From: Octopus vulgaris
Taxonomy: Eukaryota
Direction of reading: 5' to 3'
Assembly (NCBI GenBank): GCA_951406725.2
Contig: OX597814.1
Coordinates: 90,148,001 to 90,212,000 of the forward strand
DNA: 64,000 nt
In this document: one piece after another, positions 1 through 13,575 of the stretch
Position numbering within the stretch: position 1 is the first letter of the stretch
Layout: every line of letters begins with the position of its first letter
The notes under the pieces: generated by a model
Database searches by the model: none
What the model was told of the DNA's origin: nothing
What the model saw: the letters and a program-made list of their open reading frames with translations, nothing else
Program-made: the position numbers and the translations under genes

Positions 1-1240
1 GAGCTATGCCTTGTATATTCTGAGAAGCGCTGATCTTTCGATCCACCTCAGCCACTTCTCTCCCTTCTTCCCAGTACTGGTGACGTTGCTTCTATCCGAG
101 AGTGAATTGACAAACCACTTTCCAAGGCATTTAACTGGATTTTCTTCTCTTGATAAAATAACCTCTCCTTGCACTTGCAGATTCATTTTGTCGCCTAATC
201 ACCATATTCCTATATTTCTTGGGCTTAAACTTCATTCTAAACCATGTTGCCATGTGTTCAAAGGACGTCAGCACACTATCCGCTACTATACAGGTTGTAT
301 TTGTTATTGTAGGATCATCCACAAAACCCCTTATTGGATATTGTTGGCTACCTGATTTCAATACTGGTCCTTGGGCTTCTTTATCAGCAGCTGTTATTCG
401 TTCTTATGAGGATTAATTGCCATGAGGAAAAGGATGGGAGAAATTGTGCAACCTCTTATGATTCTTTTCTTCAGGACTTGCCACCGAAGTGTAAAGCGGG
501 CTGATTTAAAGCGTAACTGGATTCTCCAAGGATGCTGGTCACTATTCCTAAGATGTGCGGAGGGATATGTTAGTAGTCGAAGGACATGAGGAGTTGATAC
601 ATCCGAACGCATTTACCAAATCTATTCAGACAAATGTCAAACCGCCTTTGCTTCTCTTGTCCTCCGGATCAAGTCTCTGCGATCTCCGATGTGTTCCAGA
701 GGTAGAACCCCATCTTTCTGTATGGAGGTGTTTGTATATCCATTCTGTGTACGAGGTAGTCCTTTCGGCCAATGAACAAGTGAAGATTTCCCCCTCAACA
801 ATCAGGTGTGAGGTAGTTCTGAATTCGTTAGCGGCTGAGGAACTTTCTTCTTTTCCCACGAAACATACTTCCGCCTTCTTCCAGAATGGTGAACTGTTCC
901 GCTTTCTCCAGATCTTTCGGAATAGCGTTCACCGTCCCCAGAGGAGCAGTGGGCATTTCTTGTATACTTTAGAAGTATGCAGTAGCTGATCCTGACTGGC
1001 ATTCTTCACCATCTCTTCCACTTCTTTCGAATATGGACAGTTGATGTTAAATTTGTTTCCTGGTAATACAGTTCTTCTGAGTATCAGGTTGACATCAACG
1101 ACTTTGTATCTGAGGTTGTCATTATGGGCTTCCCTCAGAAACGCTTCTACATTTTCTCTGGGCTGGTCAATTTCTCTGATGATAACCCAGATAGAACATC
1201 CCAGTTCCAGCTGGTCTCCTAACAACCGTCAGTAGAAAGA
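1..1240 (-). mobile_element. Decayed RLE-type non-LTR retrotransposon (HERO/R2-like) reverse transcriptase fragment, running off the window start
   Basis: Frameshifted minus-strand peptides occur in the expected RT order: VYKKCP; RFKSARFTLRWQVLKKRIIRGCTISPILFLMAIN (motif B); IRGFVDD (catalytic xxDD); WFRMKFKPKK; VQGEVI..ENPVKCLGKWF. Many stops. Confidence 0.8.
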
Positions 1241-1768
1241 TCAGCCGGTAGACGTGTTTTTCTCCCAAAGCGATATGTAACATGACATCACCAAACCGGC
1301 GGCTGAAATGTCTCACGCTACAGAATGCTGATTAACCGAAGCCAATATGCTGCCTGATCTACCACGTGGATATGCAATGAAACAGATGATGTCGCTAGAT
1401 AGTTGAAACATGCACATGACCTGAGCAGACAAACAGTAATTGATAGTCTCCTTAGAGATACACCTGTTGGTTGATTTTACATTTACTGGATTCACACTAG
1501 GCTAATCTGTTATCGACATTAGTGAACGGCACAGCCAATGGTACAACTCAAAGTAGACTGCCAACTGTGATAACAGATATCCAGCTATTCTACACGGCAT
1601 ATTCAGCTATTGAGTTCCATAGTAGATAATGTTTGCACTATGAAAAAATGTATTATTGACTGAGTTTAGTACCGATACATTAGAAATATTAGTCGCTATA
1701 AATATAAATGCCTATATCTCTCTTTCTCTCTCTCCTTCTATCTATCTATATCTACATATATATGTATG

Positions 1769-1771
<3 letters not shown>

Positions 1772-1856
<85 letters not shown>

Positions 1857-1861
1857 ATGTA

Positions 1862-1945
<84 letters not shown>
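1772..1945. repeat. (TA)n microsatellite, two blocks, plus a short (GA)n
   Basis: Seen directly; source of the YIYIYI ORFs. Confidence 0.98.
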
Positions 1946-1946
<1 letters not shown>

Positions 1947-2372
1947 CACACATAATATTTATGCATATAAGTATATAAGTATAACTAGGTGCAAAGCATT
2001 AAAATATGTGTTTACATTTTCCTATTCACATGGGACTTTTGCTTTAAAATTATATGCGTTTGGCGTCATATATTTTTCAAGATTACTCACTAAATATGAT
2101 AATATTTCCCAAGACCTATTCCTTTCCCATAAATTCTGTAGTATTTATAGATAAAGATGAATAGTAACATTGCATTAAAAAATGAGGTATTAAAGATTAT
2201 ATGGTGATAATTTTACCTCGCAGACAAATATATCATCTTGTTTTATATGCACTGGATACGATTTCTTATAGATATTGAAATTGAGAGCAAATAATACTTG
2301 CATATGTTGAGCTACGTTTGGTGTTAGTTTTGGTGATAGACTATCTGAAGTTCAATTTGTTTTCTATTTCAG

Positions 2373-2435
2373 ATCTATATGAAGAAGGAGGTATTTTGAT
2401 GAGAAAATATATATCGCCAACAAATAATTACAGTG
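2373..2435 (+). CDS. Candidate 63-nt internal exon (phase 1-1), peptide xLYEEGGILMRKYISPTNNYS
   Basis: Acceptor ttcaatttgttttctatttcAG, donor G|GTAAGT, open frame, length a multiple of 3. No recognisable homology. Confidence 0.4.
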
Positions 2436-3894
2436 GTAAGTTATGATACAGCTGAATGTATTCAACGTTTCTCATACAAATAAAAGTATAGTACAAAGAA
2501 GAAAATTGTTTAAACTATAAAGTATTGAAAAGTCACAATAAGGTCGTTCACAAAATACATCTTTGCATATATATTGCTTTGCCGTTGTCGCGGATGTGAT
2601 TATTAAGATTCCTTCCTGGAGGGATATAATTAGGTTTTCCATTTGTTTCTATCTTTCTCTATCATCTAGTTTTTCTGAACAAATTGCGCACACATGTCTA
2701 GTCATATTGAGTGGGATGGATATTTCTTGTGGCATGGATTAAATGAGGATTGAAAGACTGAGTGGTACCGACATATGTATGGCTTTCTTTTCTATATATA
2801 TACATGTGTGTGTTTATGTATACACGTGTGTATTTGTGTGTGAGTAAACGCAATACACACAGTATATGTATATAAGAAATATTGTCCATTATATTCAATG
2901 AGAGTATACAGTATTTCTCAATGTTGGATTATATTTACATTCTTCTGATATTCATGCCATCATGTGAAAGTATGCGCTCTTGATTACCTATTTGCTGCCA
3001 GGAAACTCGGAGTTGGTGCAATTTTCGGTTATATTGATTCAAGGCCTTAAAGTTAATTACACCCATATAATTTACGAAAGAAACTAGTTTAAACATAATA
3101 AACCCAAGTCAAGTAGTCAAAGATATTTCAGTTTGTATCAGTTTGCTTCCAGGAAAACATATATTGGCAAATTTTCTAAGCCAAAAATATTAAGAAAATA
3201 TTAAGAAAATAATATTGATTTCCCCCGTTGTAAAAATTCCACGGAATATGAAGAGAGCACAGTTAATTAACTGCACTTAGCCGCTAATAATTTTATCGAC
3301 GTTGGGTGAAAGACAGACAATGCCAAACACAGTAAGTGAAAAAATGTAATAAAAATGTTTAATAACATTATTGATAAAACGACGCTAAATGACTGAAACA
3401 TTGTTGTAATAGAGAAACAGCATGGTAAACAGATTTCACGCAACAACAGGTCAAAATATTTTGCAAACAATCTAAAATTGTATTATTGGTGTTAGCAGAC
3501 GTTCTGGCATCTGGGCTTCTACAAGTTTGTTTTCATCCCTCAGAGAATGGAATGAATTACAAACTGCCAACTAAGTCGATATAATAATTTAGAGGAATAA
3601 GCGTTCTCTAAATTTTTGGTTATAAACAGTTTTATAACAGTAAGTTGGGACGAAACGTCAGTACATGTGTTTGCAGTGTTATAAAATGAGCGCAATAATT
3701 TATCTATCTGCTGTGAGATTCTAGAATACGATATTACATGAAAACCAGCCACGTTTCATATCCAAAGTGAATGTTCAAACGTGCTCAAATATTAATGAAG
3801 GTGCCTGATATTGTGGTGCATTGTATAATATATTTTATATTGCATATACATTGCACCAAGCAATATCTAGACTCTGCAAATATCCTAGTTATTT

Positions 3895-3966
3895 GAGACT
3901 TTACGAAGATAACTGATGATGCTAACAATACTGGGAAAATTACCTTAGTAATTCTTGATATTAAAG
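3895..3966 (+). mobile_element. Possible very old CR1/L2-type RT remnant
   Basis: Reads KITDDANNTGKITLVILDIK, resembling the RT motif-A region (..ITDD...GK.T.LV.LD.SKAFD). The match is short. Confidence 0.3.
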
Positions 3967-5271
3967 TATCATATCCAAACAATGTATTTAATTTCCTCTC
4001 AACTACGAACGTCTTCAGAGAAAAATAAAGGTCATTAAATTACGAATTCATAAGAAAGAAAAAAACATGTAACACACATTATATTTTATTTTTTATCAAA
4101 GCTTAGATTATTCATAAATTCATCAACTCATTGAATATCAATTAACCATTCTCAGTAACAAATACTATCTCAAATTTTCTATTCATAAATGTGTAGTTTA
4201 AAATTGAATTTATCTACAGGAGCAAAGTAAAAAATAATGCCACATAATAGTAGTATTTAAATAATTGTAGAGGTAAATGATAATCTAATTTCTCACTTAA
4301 TCATTTTCTACCCGAAAAGTAGGAAGAGATAGTGTACTAAGTTAGCGAGACAGTTAAATATATTTAATAGACTAGCGTCATCCAAAGTTCTAGAATAATT
4401 AAAGAGAATATCCCTGATACGAACAAGAGGGAAAGAAGATTCTAGACCATTGGATTTAATAGAGGCTTGAGTTACATATGTCCGGGAAATCACCACATCT
4501 AACATCACAAACTTCGATCAACTGAAGTGTATTGAGAGTGAAATATAGTTTGTGAAGTATTCTCGGTACCCAAAAAGGATAAAAAGTTTATCAAATTTGT
4601 AGCGTTAGTACTATTCACCAAATATAATAGAAAAAGAGCCTCTGCGTAGTCGTTTAAGTTGCTAAAAGTAACAGTCACTTCTCCTTCAAATCGCATCTTG
4701 CCTTAAAAATCTTAAAGAAAATAAATAGTGTCATGTATACATTATGATTTAAAAAGACAAGCTCCTCACTGTTTGAAAGCCTTTGATCATATTTTTTTGC
4801 CCAGTCAGAGTTGATATGAGTTTATTTAAGATACAACTTTATTTATAACAAAATCTTATAATCGAACAAATAAAGGAACGTGTTTTTGTACATTTCTGAG
4901 ATTTTTTTTTGTTGTTGTTTTTAGTTACCAGAAATCAAACGTTTTTGAAAACAATAAATTGTCATGTATATTGGGCTTTGCTATATAATTCTTGAAATAT
5001 AGTTTGAAAAGAATCGAGAATATTTGTCACTCTATTTCATACTTGAATACTCATACTTCTAAAGGTCTTGTTAAAACCGTAAGGAACCATATAAACAATA
5101 CCTTTGTATTGTTATGCCTGTCAGAAAGTAGCGGAAGATGTAACTTCTGCTCTATATTGATTCCTGTATAAGGTATACAAAAAAGATTATTTTAGTAAAT
5201 AACTCATTTTTTAATGTATGTTTTATTATCGTAGGTAAATTCAAGATATTGGTTTTCTTGTAAAAAGGGCT

Positions 5272-5355
5272 TTAAATTGGCAGAATTGTTAGAACATCGA
5301 GTAAAATATCTTACGATATATAATTTTGGTACTTTACTTTCTGAGTTCAGACGTC
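5272..5355 (+). mobile_element. Decayed head of tRNA-derived SINE family B
   Basis: ttggcagaattgttagaacatcg...ttctgagttcaga matches the reverse complement of the heads at ~33700 and ~56020. Confidence 0.45.
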
Positions 5356-5510
5356 ATGTACTCTCTTCGTGTGTTCAGAAAACAGAGTGCCAGTGACAAG
5401 CTGAGATTGTCAACTACCGCTGCCCAGTAATGTTTCTGTTATATGTTTATGTTAAAACAAGCACATAGAGTTAAAGGGGAGAAAAATCTCCACAAGGCGT
5501 ATCATTGGCT

Positions 5511-6245
5511 TATGTATGTATGTATGTATGTATGTATGTATGTATGTATGTATGTATGTATGTATGCATGTTTTTATATGTGTATGTCATTATTCAGTTT
5601 TATTTCAAGATTTCTTGCTAATAGAGAAAGAGCCGGTTTCTAACCTAGCTCCAAGGATCCTTCATTAGAATTTCAACATCAGCAACGGGGTATTTTTGTT
5701 TGTATGTATGTATGTACGTATGAATATGTATGTATATGTGCAGTTTTGTATGTTTTGCTTTATGTATGTATTCTCTTGCATATAGTTGCATGTCTAGACA
5801 TGGCCATATATATTTAAATGATAAACTTCTGGAAAGTTTTACAGATTTTGTAATGTATGTATGTATGTATGTATGTATGTATGTATGTATGTATGTATGT
5901 ATGTATGTATGTATGTATGTATGTATGGACGTGTGTGTGTATGTGTGTGAAAGTTATTTTCATTCTCTTTAAAGTAAATTTTGACCAGCCACCTACTTCC
6001 CAGCAAGGTTAGGAAGGAAAAATATCTTCTTTTAACCATCATTCATTAAATCTGAAGAAGACCATGCATATTTTTTATAATCCTTGATATTGAGATCACT
6101 TGTAGCGTATGAGTTACAGATTTGCATCCTCACCTAGCTATATATGTATGTAGCATGTATGTATGTATGTATGTATGTATGTATGCATGCGTGTGTATGT
6201 ATGTATATAGGTATGTATGCATGTACGTATGTACGTATGTACATA
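5511..6245. repeat. Cluster of (ATGT)n tetranucleotide arrays with short interposed segments
   Basis: Arrays at about 5511-5570, 5700-5735, 5853-5926 and 6155-6245. Confidence 0.95.
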
Positions 6246-6492
6246 CATGATGCACAAAAACATCCACAGTAATCAGAACTGATTTGACAGTGAAATTGAC
6301 GTTCTCATTTAGGCATGGTTCCTTCTTTGTCAAAATCAAAATGTCCATGACTCATTATTCTCATGGCCAAAAGAGTTGTTTACCAAGAGAAGGAAGCCGA
6401 AAACTAACTGAAGCAAACCACTACTTTATATAGTACCATAATTAAGCACGTAGATAAATAGCCACAACCCACGTTGATTCACCAAAACAACC

Positions 6493-6493
<1 letters not shown>

Positions 6494-6523
<30 letters not shown>

Positions 6524-6612
6524 CTTCTTCTTCTTCTTCTTCTTCTTCTTCTTCTTCTTCTTCTTCTTCTTCTTCTTCTTCTTCTTCTTCTTCTTCTTCT
6601 TCTTCTTCTTCT
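6494..6612. repeat. (CTT)n microsatellite
   Basis: Seen directly; source of the poly-Arg ORF. Confidence 0.98.
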
Positions 6613-6614
6613 AT

Positions 6615-8190
6615 GACTTCTGTCAGTGACTAAATTCATCAACTCCTTACAACTGCTGCCTTTGACCACTCTCAGCCATTCTTTTTTTCAATCTCACCCT
6701 ACATCATTGCCTCAACTTGAACGCCACCAAATTCAACTACCTCTATTGCTACTACATCTACCAGTATCCAGCCTTAGTTGTACCTTCTTTTTCCTTCAAC
6801 TTCCAATGCCCCGTTATCATCAAATTCAAGGAAATATAAACCAGAAACTATTTACAAACTACTATCCCTTAAAATACCAACACGTCTGCAACGAAATCCA
6901 AAAGTATGCCGCCATTCTTTACGCGTCTGTCTACAATTTCCCTCACCTCCCAGGGAAAAGGCGTTCAATTAATAAAAGCAACTCCAACCGTTGTCCTTCT
7001 GCTACAGCATCACCAACACCAGAATCACAATGAATTCGTAAACCTAAATTCTGCTGCTATTCTCAACACTGGGGATTATGTCTACAGCAAGACAGTATGT
7101 TCACGCATCTCCCAGAACACGACGTATCGTTATAAATAACACATCCAAGCTATCATTACAATCTCCATAAAAACATACCCTATAGCAGCAATACCGATAT
7201 GTACTTTGTCTATAACTCATCTACTAAGAAAATACTCAGCGAGGACAAAAGCAAAAACAAAATCATCAGCCCCGGTACGAATTTTTCCTCCAGCTCGGGA
7301 AACTGGAAAACATTCAGTAGAAACTCTAACAAATAAAACAACCGACAAAACTGTGAAACCACAACCTCCACAACCTAAGTCACCAAATTCTTCCTAACCA
7401 CGTAAATTCTGTTTTATCCATGTGGAACCGAGCAAAAGAGATTCAGAAATGTATCTAGTCTATTAGGCTACACCATACCATGTCACTACCCCAGTGCAAA
7501 AACTACCCACCTCGCTGCCAATAAATCTCTTTCCAATACTGCTCCAGTCTCAAACTGTTTGCTGAATGCACAAGGCATCATCCCATTCTTCAATTCAAAA
7601 ATATGGAAGATTCAATTCTTTCAAGATTAGGGTGCCAGCCATCCTCCATACATTTGCTTTCTTCGTTCTTACTAAGTCTTACCTTAGCCATTCTCACTTA
7701 GAAGTAGAAGTAAAGGTGAGAAATTATACCACCATTCGTGCAGACTGTACTGATAAAAGAAAAGGCTGAATTACTATTTCCCTACACGACCCATTTATCG
7801 CATATACAAATTTCTCATTCGCCAATGGTTATCGTGAATCAGTGTCTGTGTCTAACAAAGCTAATGATTTAGCAATAGTTGGGCTCCACAGGCCAGCCCA
7901 AGCGCCACCACTGTCTCAAAGAATACCTCATAAAAGTGAAATCTTTCATTCAACGTTGCCAATCTGATAACGTTTTAATAATGGGTAACTTTTATTTTCT
8001 TCCCCTTTATTGGTCTACTCATATCATAAAGACAGCGGCGTGCATTTAAATACAGAGGGGTTCATCAGAAGAATCATCTTTCGAATTCATAATCGAATTT
8101 TCCCCGTCCCACTGCTTGTGTCGACAAGATTCAACAAAAGCACATTGGACTTAATGTTCAGTAAACACACACTATCCGTGATATTACATT
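6615..8190 (+). mobile_element. Decayed 5' part of a CR1/Jockey-group LINE: Cys/His-rich ORF1 remnant plus APE endonuclease remnant
   Basis: ORF1-like PKVCRHSLRVC and FPHLPGKRR, followed by APE-like pieces in order: LLNAQGI, FAFFVLT.SYL, YTTIRAD..DKRKG, LAIVGLHRP, VLIMGNF, STLDLMF. Confidence 0.65.
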
Positions 8191-8421
8191 AGAAAAATCC
8201 CAGTTAATTTAGTGTTTATTTATGGCATATTGTAATCAGGCAAAACGTAAATAGTAATAATTAATTGTTTCACGAAAACAGGTAATTCAGTCAATGACTC
8301 GTTTCATTATATGCCGGCATATAAAGATGCTATATTCACACATGCAGCCACACATAATTTCAGAGCGGCATTGGGATTCAAACTGTAATACTTAATTTGT
8401 TACCAACAACTTGCCTTGTTA

Positions 8422-8478
<57 letters not shown>

Positions 8479-10957
8479 ACACACACGCACGCACACACGC
8501 ACATATATTCGCGCGCACACAAACACACACGCACATACATAAATATTTTTTAGAAAAATCTCTTAAATCGCATTCTAACTATGTTATTGTATAGCACGTA
8601 TACAGGTTTAAATCCAAAATTTTCTACGTATTCATTGGGATTTTTTTTCACGATTAGCTTTTATCATAGAAAACAAGAAGGAAATACCAATGTAACATGA
8701 TTCTTACGTCTACATATTTTGTACATACAACAAAACCTTTGTTAGACATGTTAGCGGCAGAATTCTACGCAACCGTACATTTTAGATAAACAAATAGGGA
8801 ATGTTATTTATTTTACTTGAACATTTGTAAGATTGTATTTCGAAACTAACCTGGAATAATTGGAATTGTTATTTATCAAGGTATAGAATATATTTATTGA
8901 CTTAACTGAATGACTGAACTTGTAATAAAAATAGTTCAGTTGTAATATGAGTAACTGCAATAGTAACAGTAGCCTTTTTGTTTATCATAAAATGTAAGTC
9001 TAAATCGACTGCCTTTCCATAGAAGTATTTGAAACATTCAGTATTGTATACAATTGATTTATTTCGACCAGACAAAAAGTAAAGATTATTTCGAGGAGAA
9101 AAATGTGCTTTTGTGAAGCTAGAACGCATTACAAGCTAGCAGCAGGGAAATATCTTCAGACGGTTATCAAAACCGTTCGTGATCTCGGCTTATCTAGACA
9201 TAACCACGCACACTTAAATCCTCGCGAACACTATAACAAAGCATACTAGTTTCATTTACCCTGGTAATATAGTCAATAATTAATACATTAACAAGGAATA
9301 GAAATTGAAATATGGTGATATTTAAAATACGTGAAATAAACTGTCATGATGGAGATTAAACTGGATTATCTTGAATGACTAGTCAAAACAAAATCGCAGA
9401 TCCTATACATCGGGATATGAAGTCCTTTCTCACGAAGATTTCTCTTGGAAATAAAGAAATGTTAAACATTTAAATGGAAAACATATACAAATATCATTTC
9501 AGACACAATAGAGTTGTAGTGGGAATGGAAATTATGTGTATATTATCTAATGAATATTAACTTCGATTGTAATATAAAAGCAAGTGGAATTGCAAAAATA
9601 TTTCATTTGGTAATTTTTGAAGACAGCCACCTGAGTCACCCATCTGGATGAAAAGGATCAATCACTCGCTCAGATTAACAATGCGGATACGCGTTAATGC
9701 CAACAATATAAATATATGACAGAATGTGTAAAATAGCTGCGTCAAATTTCTAATTATATTTTAATAATTTTGGATCATGCGAAAACTGGTGGATTAAAAT
9801 ACAATATTTAAATAATTCATAAATTTTATATTTATTTGGTGTAATGACTGACATGAGTGTAATCAATATGGACATATTAATAGTATCCTAAAAAATAGAT
9901 AAACTACTTTTCTATCGTTTGGAATTGTTTTGCACTTTTTTAAAAAAGTTAAGTGCAACAGAATGTTAATTGAAAATAACATTTAGTGTATTATATAGTA
10001 CTGCTTGAAAGAAACTGGCGAGTTTTTATGTCACATCTGCTTATAATCTTTGACTTAGTTGAAAACACTCAATGCATGTTTATGAGAGAGAGAGAGAGAT
10101 AGAGAGAGGGGGAGAGAGAAAAAGAAAGAGAGAGAGAGAAGGAGGTAGTCAGTTTCTGTTATTTAACTCAAATTATATGAAGCATAAACAATCATGGTAC
10201 TTGAGACTAACTTTTGAAAAATAGCAAAAATTGCTTTGTTATCATACAGCTATGAATAATATGAATTTTATTATCATTCTGATACTAGCATAGAGAGTTA
10301 TCTTGTATGGCTGGATTGGTAAAGCAAAATGATATCTCTTGCTGAAGTGAAACTCGTAGAAAAGGTGTAAACTTCTTTTTCAGCACTTCATAATATCTAT
10401 AATTTAGTTAAAAATAAAAATATTTCAAATGCAATCTAATGAAGCTAATGCATTAATTTGTTTCTTACCATATCGAACAAATAGTATAATTTCTTCACAT
10501 GTGATGAAGAGAGAGAGAGGAACATTCAGAATATAACTACTTGAACCAAAGAAAGAGTCACTATTTGGATTCTTGCCCTTTTAGAAATGGCAGCCAAAAT
10601 GACATAAATTATATGGTTATATTATAATTTGAAGGACACAAAGGATTATGCAGATCTGAATATATTGTCAGAAGCTAAGATGGGATATGATCATCACTAG
10701 TAGGTTTTAGATCGCAGGTTGGTTTGATCAAAAATAATCTAGGTTAAAAGACAACACAAAATAACCCAAAAATTCCGATTTTATAACACTTTGCCAACAC
10801 TGAGTACTTCTTTCCTAATGTTTAATTCAAAAAAGCGTAAACTGACGAGTCGAATAGATTTATTAGAGCTATAAATAGATTTCAAAATGTATAGCAGATA
10901 ATTTTAATAAATTAATATCAAAAAATTAAATATCATAAAGAGCGCATGCCGGAAATA

Positions 10958-12216
10958 CAGGGTGTGATGGGTAAATTGTCGCCATATTATATTTTTAATT
11001 TTGTGCGTGCTCATTGTTTGTTTTTGATTTTGTCGACTACACAGTATAGTTGGGTCAAGTGGGCACCGTCTGTGAAAAGAAAAACAGCAGTATGACGCAA
11101 TACACTCTGCCAGAAATTTGGAAACGACATGCTGTACTGCTTGCCATTCGCACCTGAGGCTACAATACGAAATTTTCAGAGTGTTTGAGTGTCAATCTGA
11201 GAAGAGTGCAGAGATTTCCAAATGAGTTGGATGAGGCTAATGGTGATTACGAAGGTACGGCAGCTCGGAAAACTCACTCTGATCGTTCCGATAAGAGAAG
11301 AACTCCTGCATTTGTTGATGAGATCCAGGCTATAATTGACAACAATTCCTCCAAGTCAATCAGGTCCATTACCAGGGACATGGGAGTGTCTGAGTTTCTT
11401 ATCAGGCAGGTAGTGCATTCCTCATACATGACGGGAAAGGGCCAATTTTTATCCCAAGCTATCAAGGGCAAGAAGAAAGACCGTGCAACGAAGCTTTTGA
11501 ACAAACTCAAGCATCCCCTCCAACCGAGCATGCTTTGGCTTTTCTCAAACGAGAAAAATTTCTGCTAGGAAACACACAGAACAACTTTTGGCTTGCGTGT
11601 CCCCAAAACATGTACCGTGAGTGATAAAAATCAAACATCCAGTCAACATCAATGGTGTTCGGAGTGATCATTTGTGATGGTGACGTTATGCCTCTATTCA
11701 TCATGGAGGCCTACATCAAGTGCCTGGAGGAGGTAGTGCTGCCCTGGGTAAAAGGAGTGGCTGCTGGAAAACACTATATCTGGCAACGGGACTCTGCATC
11801 ATGTCACACAAGCAGAAGAATCCAGTCATGGCTATCAGACAATTTCTGCAACCACATCATCCCTAACATCTGGCCACCTAATTCCTCAGACTGCAACCTA
11901 CTTGTTTATTATGTGTGGGGTGCAGTTGAGCGAGAGACCAACAAAACTCCTTGTAACACCAAAGATGAACTGAAAGCAAGGATTATGACAGCATTCACCG
12001 ATTAAAACATTGAGACCGCCCAGAAGAGCTGCTGGAGATTCAGAAGTCGTCTGGAAACCATGGTTGTAGCAAGAGGCGATTTTATTGAATAGATTTACTG
12101 TTTAGTATTTCAAGATATTTTTGATTTAATTTTGGTAAGTATATCTGTCAAAATGAGATGTCAGTGTTATTTTCATATTTGCTTATTTTAGACGACAATT
12201 ACTTCACCGTACCCTG
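10958..12216 (+). mobile_element. Near full-length but inactive Tc1/mariner transposon, DD37D (maT) family
   Basis: TA dinucleotides at 10956-57 and 12217-18. Imperfect TIRs: CAGGGTGTGATGGGTAAATTGTCG and the reverse complement of the right end, CAGGGTACGGTGAAGTAATTGTCG. Transposase pieces WLFSNEK, YIWQRDSASCH, WPPNSSDCNLLVYYVWG, with 37 residues between the second D and the third catalytic position. Confidence 0.9.
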
Positions 12217-12751
12217 TATATGTACAGCTAAATAAAGTAAAGAAATAAATCGGGTGCTCGAATATTTATAATTTGCTAGAGATTTTAAGAGGTGCTATCA
12301 AAGAAGAATATCCTTGCAGGTTACTAAATCTATAATTTTAAGTGGTGACAAACTATTTTTTCACCGAGAAAGAGATGTAGGCTTCAATATCTCATTACCA
12401 TGCTTTAAAAGCTGCAAAGGACTCAACAAGATATTTTAAGGACAAACACGGTTCTTATAAGAAAACCTATTTAGATTCGTGAAAATAATAAAACTGGTAT
12501 GATCAAATATTTTAAAGATAATAAAAGCAGATATTGCTCAAGGAAATACCGTTATGCGAATCCTCCAAGAACAATTGACTTTTCATTACAATATACGCTT
12601 AAGCACCAAAAATGTCTGTGCTAATATATTTATTCTTCTAGAGCAAGATATGACTTACCATAAAAAGGCATGTTATTATTATTGTTTTAACAACAACAAC
12701 AACGGCGACGACGATAATGGTGAGGACAAGGAGTTGGAGGGGAGGATAGCG

Positions 12752-12946
12752 ATTTCAAATTTCAGCACAAGCCCTGCAATTTTATGGAGGGATATAAATC
12801 GATTACATCACCCCTAGTGCTCAACTGGAACTTAGTTTATCGACTCCAGAAGGATAAAAAGTAAAGTCGACATCGCCGGAATTTGACGTATGAAATGCCA
12901 CTAAGCTTTTTGCCCGGCGTTCTACGGAATGTGCTAACTCGCCGCA
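12752..12946 (-). mobile_element. tRNA-derived SINE family B (central domain resembling Nin-type SINEs)
   Basis: Shares gcacaag...atcgattac...agtgctcaactgg..ctta.tttatcgac...aagtcgac..cg.cggaatttga with the copies at 33510 and 55836. Confidence 0.75.
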
Positions 12947-12949
12947 TTG

Positions 12950-12994
12950 ATAATAACAACAACAGCAGCAATAATAATAATGATAATGATGATT

Positions 12995-13089
<95 letters not shown>
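12950..13089. repeat. Compound (AAC)/(GAT)/(AAT)n microsatellite
   Basis: Seen directly. Confidence 0.97.
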
Positions 13090-13090
<1 letters not shown>

Positions 13091-13275
13091 CCCTGATGCA
13101 GTACCAGACAGCGGCTCTCATGACATCTGATCTTAACTGATTGTAAGTGTTATGTTATATGTTGTTTTTCTTGGTATAAAAGATGGTCTACAGCAAATAT
13201 ACTGCTCAATACTACAGCTTTGCTTGTCAGTTGTTTGACCTTAACCAATTGACCATGCCCCTTCATGTATCTCTG
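13090..13275 (+). mobile_element. Fragment of a (TAA)n-associated short retroposon
   Basis: Starts immediately after the (AAT)n run and is non-coding. It ends in atgtatctctg, resembling the end of the element at 36588-36952; the family link is an inference. Confidence 0.45.
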
Positions 13276-13429
13276 TGAAAAGCCTTAATTCAAGAGAAAG
13301 CTGATCTTCATGCCAGATTATGCCACGTCTCATGCAGCGAAGAATTCTAAGGAATACCTGCAACAAATGAGTTTCTCTGGAACTCGTTTTATGGAGTGGC
13401 TATCTTGTTCCCATAACTTAAAACCAATC

Positions 13430-13575
13430 GAGAAGGGCGACAGGTGGAGTTGCTTTTATTAATTGAACGTCTTATCCCTGGTAGGTGAGTGAAATTGTAG
13501 TCAAGCGCGTAAAGAATGGCGGCATGCTTTTGGATTTCGTTGAAGACGTGTTGGTATTTTAAGGGATAGTAGGTT
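13430..13575 (-). mobile_element. Second, inverted fragment of the LINE ORF1 region seen at ~6855-7000
   Basis: YYPLKYQHVFNEIQKHAAILYALDYNFTHLPGIRRSINKSNS versus YYPLKYQHVCNEIQKYAAILYASVYNFPHLPGKRRSINKSNS. Confidence 0.8.

Noticed and set aside
1656-1978. [10 protein letters not shown], poly-R/L/N/S and HTHT ORFs here and throughout the window
   Set aside because: They are translations of microsatellites, which lack stops in some frames.
5615-5675. Minus-strand aatgaag...GAAACCGGCTC resembling a hammerhead
   Set aside because: No CUGANGA core and no convincing stem II.
8902-9129. 75-aa minus-strand ORF in unique sequence
   Set aside because: No recognisable domain or splice signals; the length is within chance.
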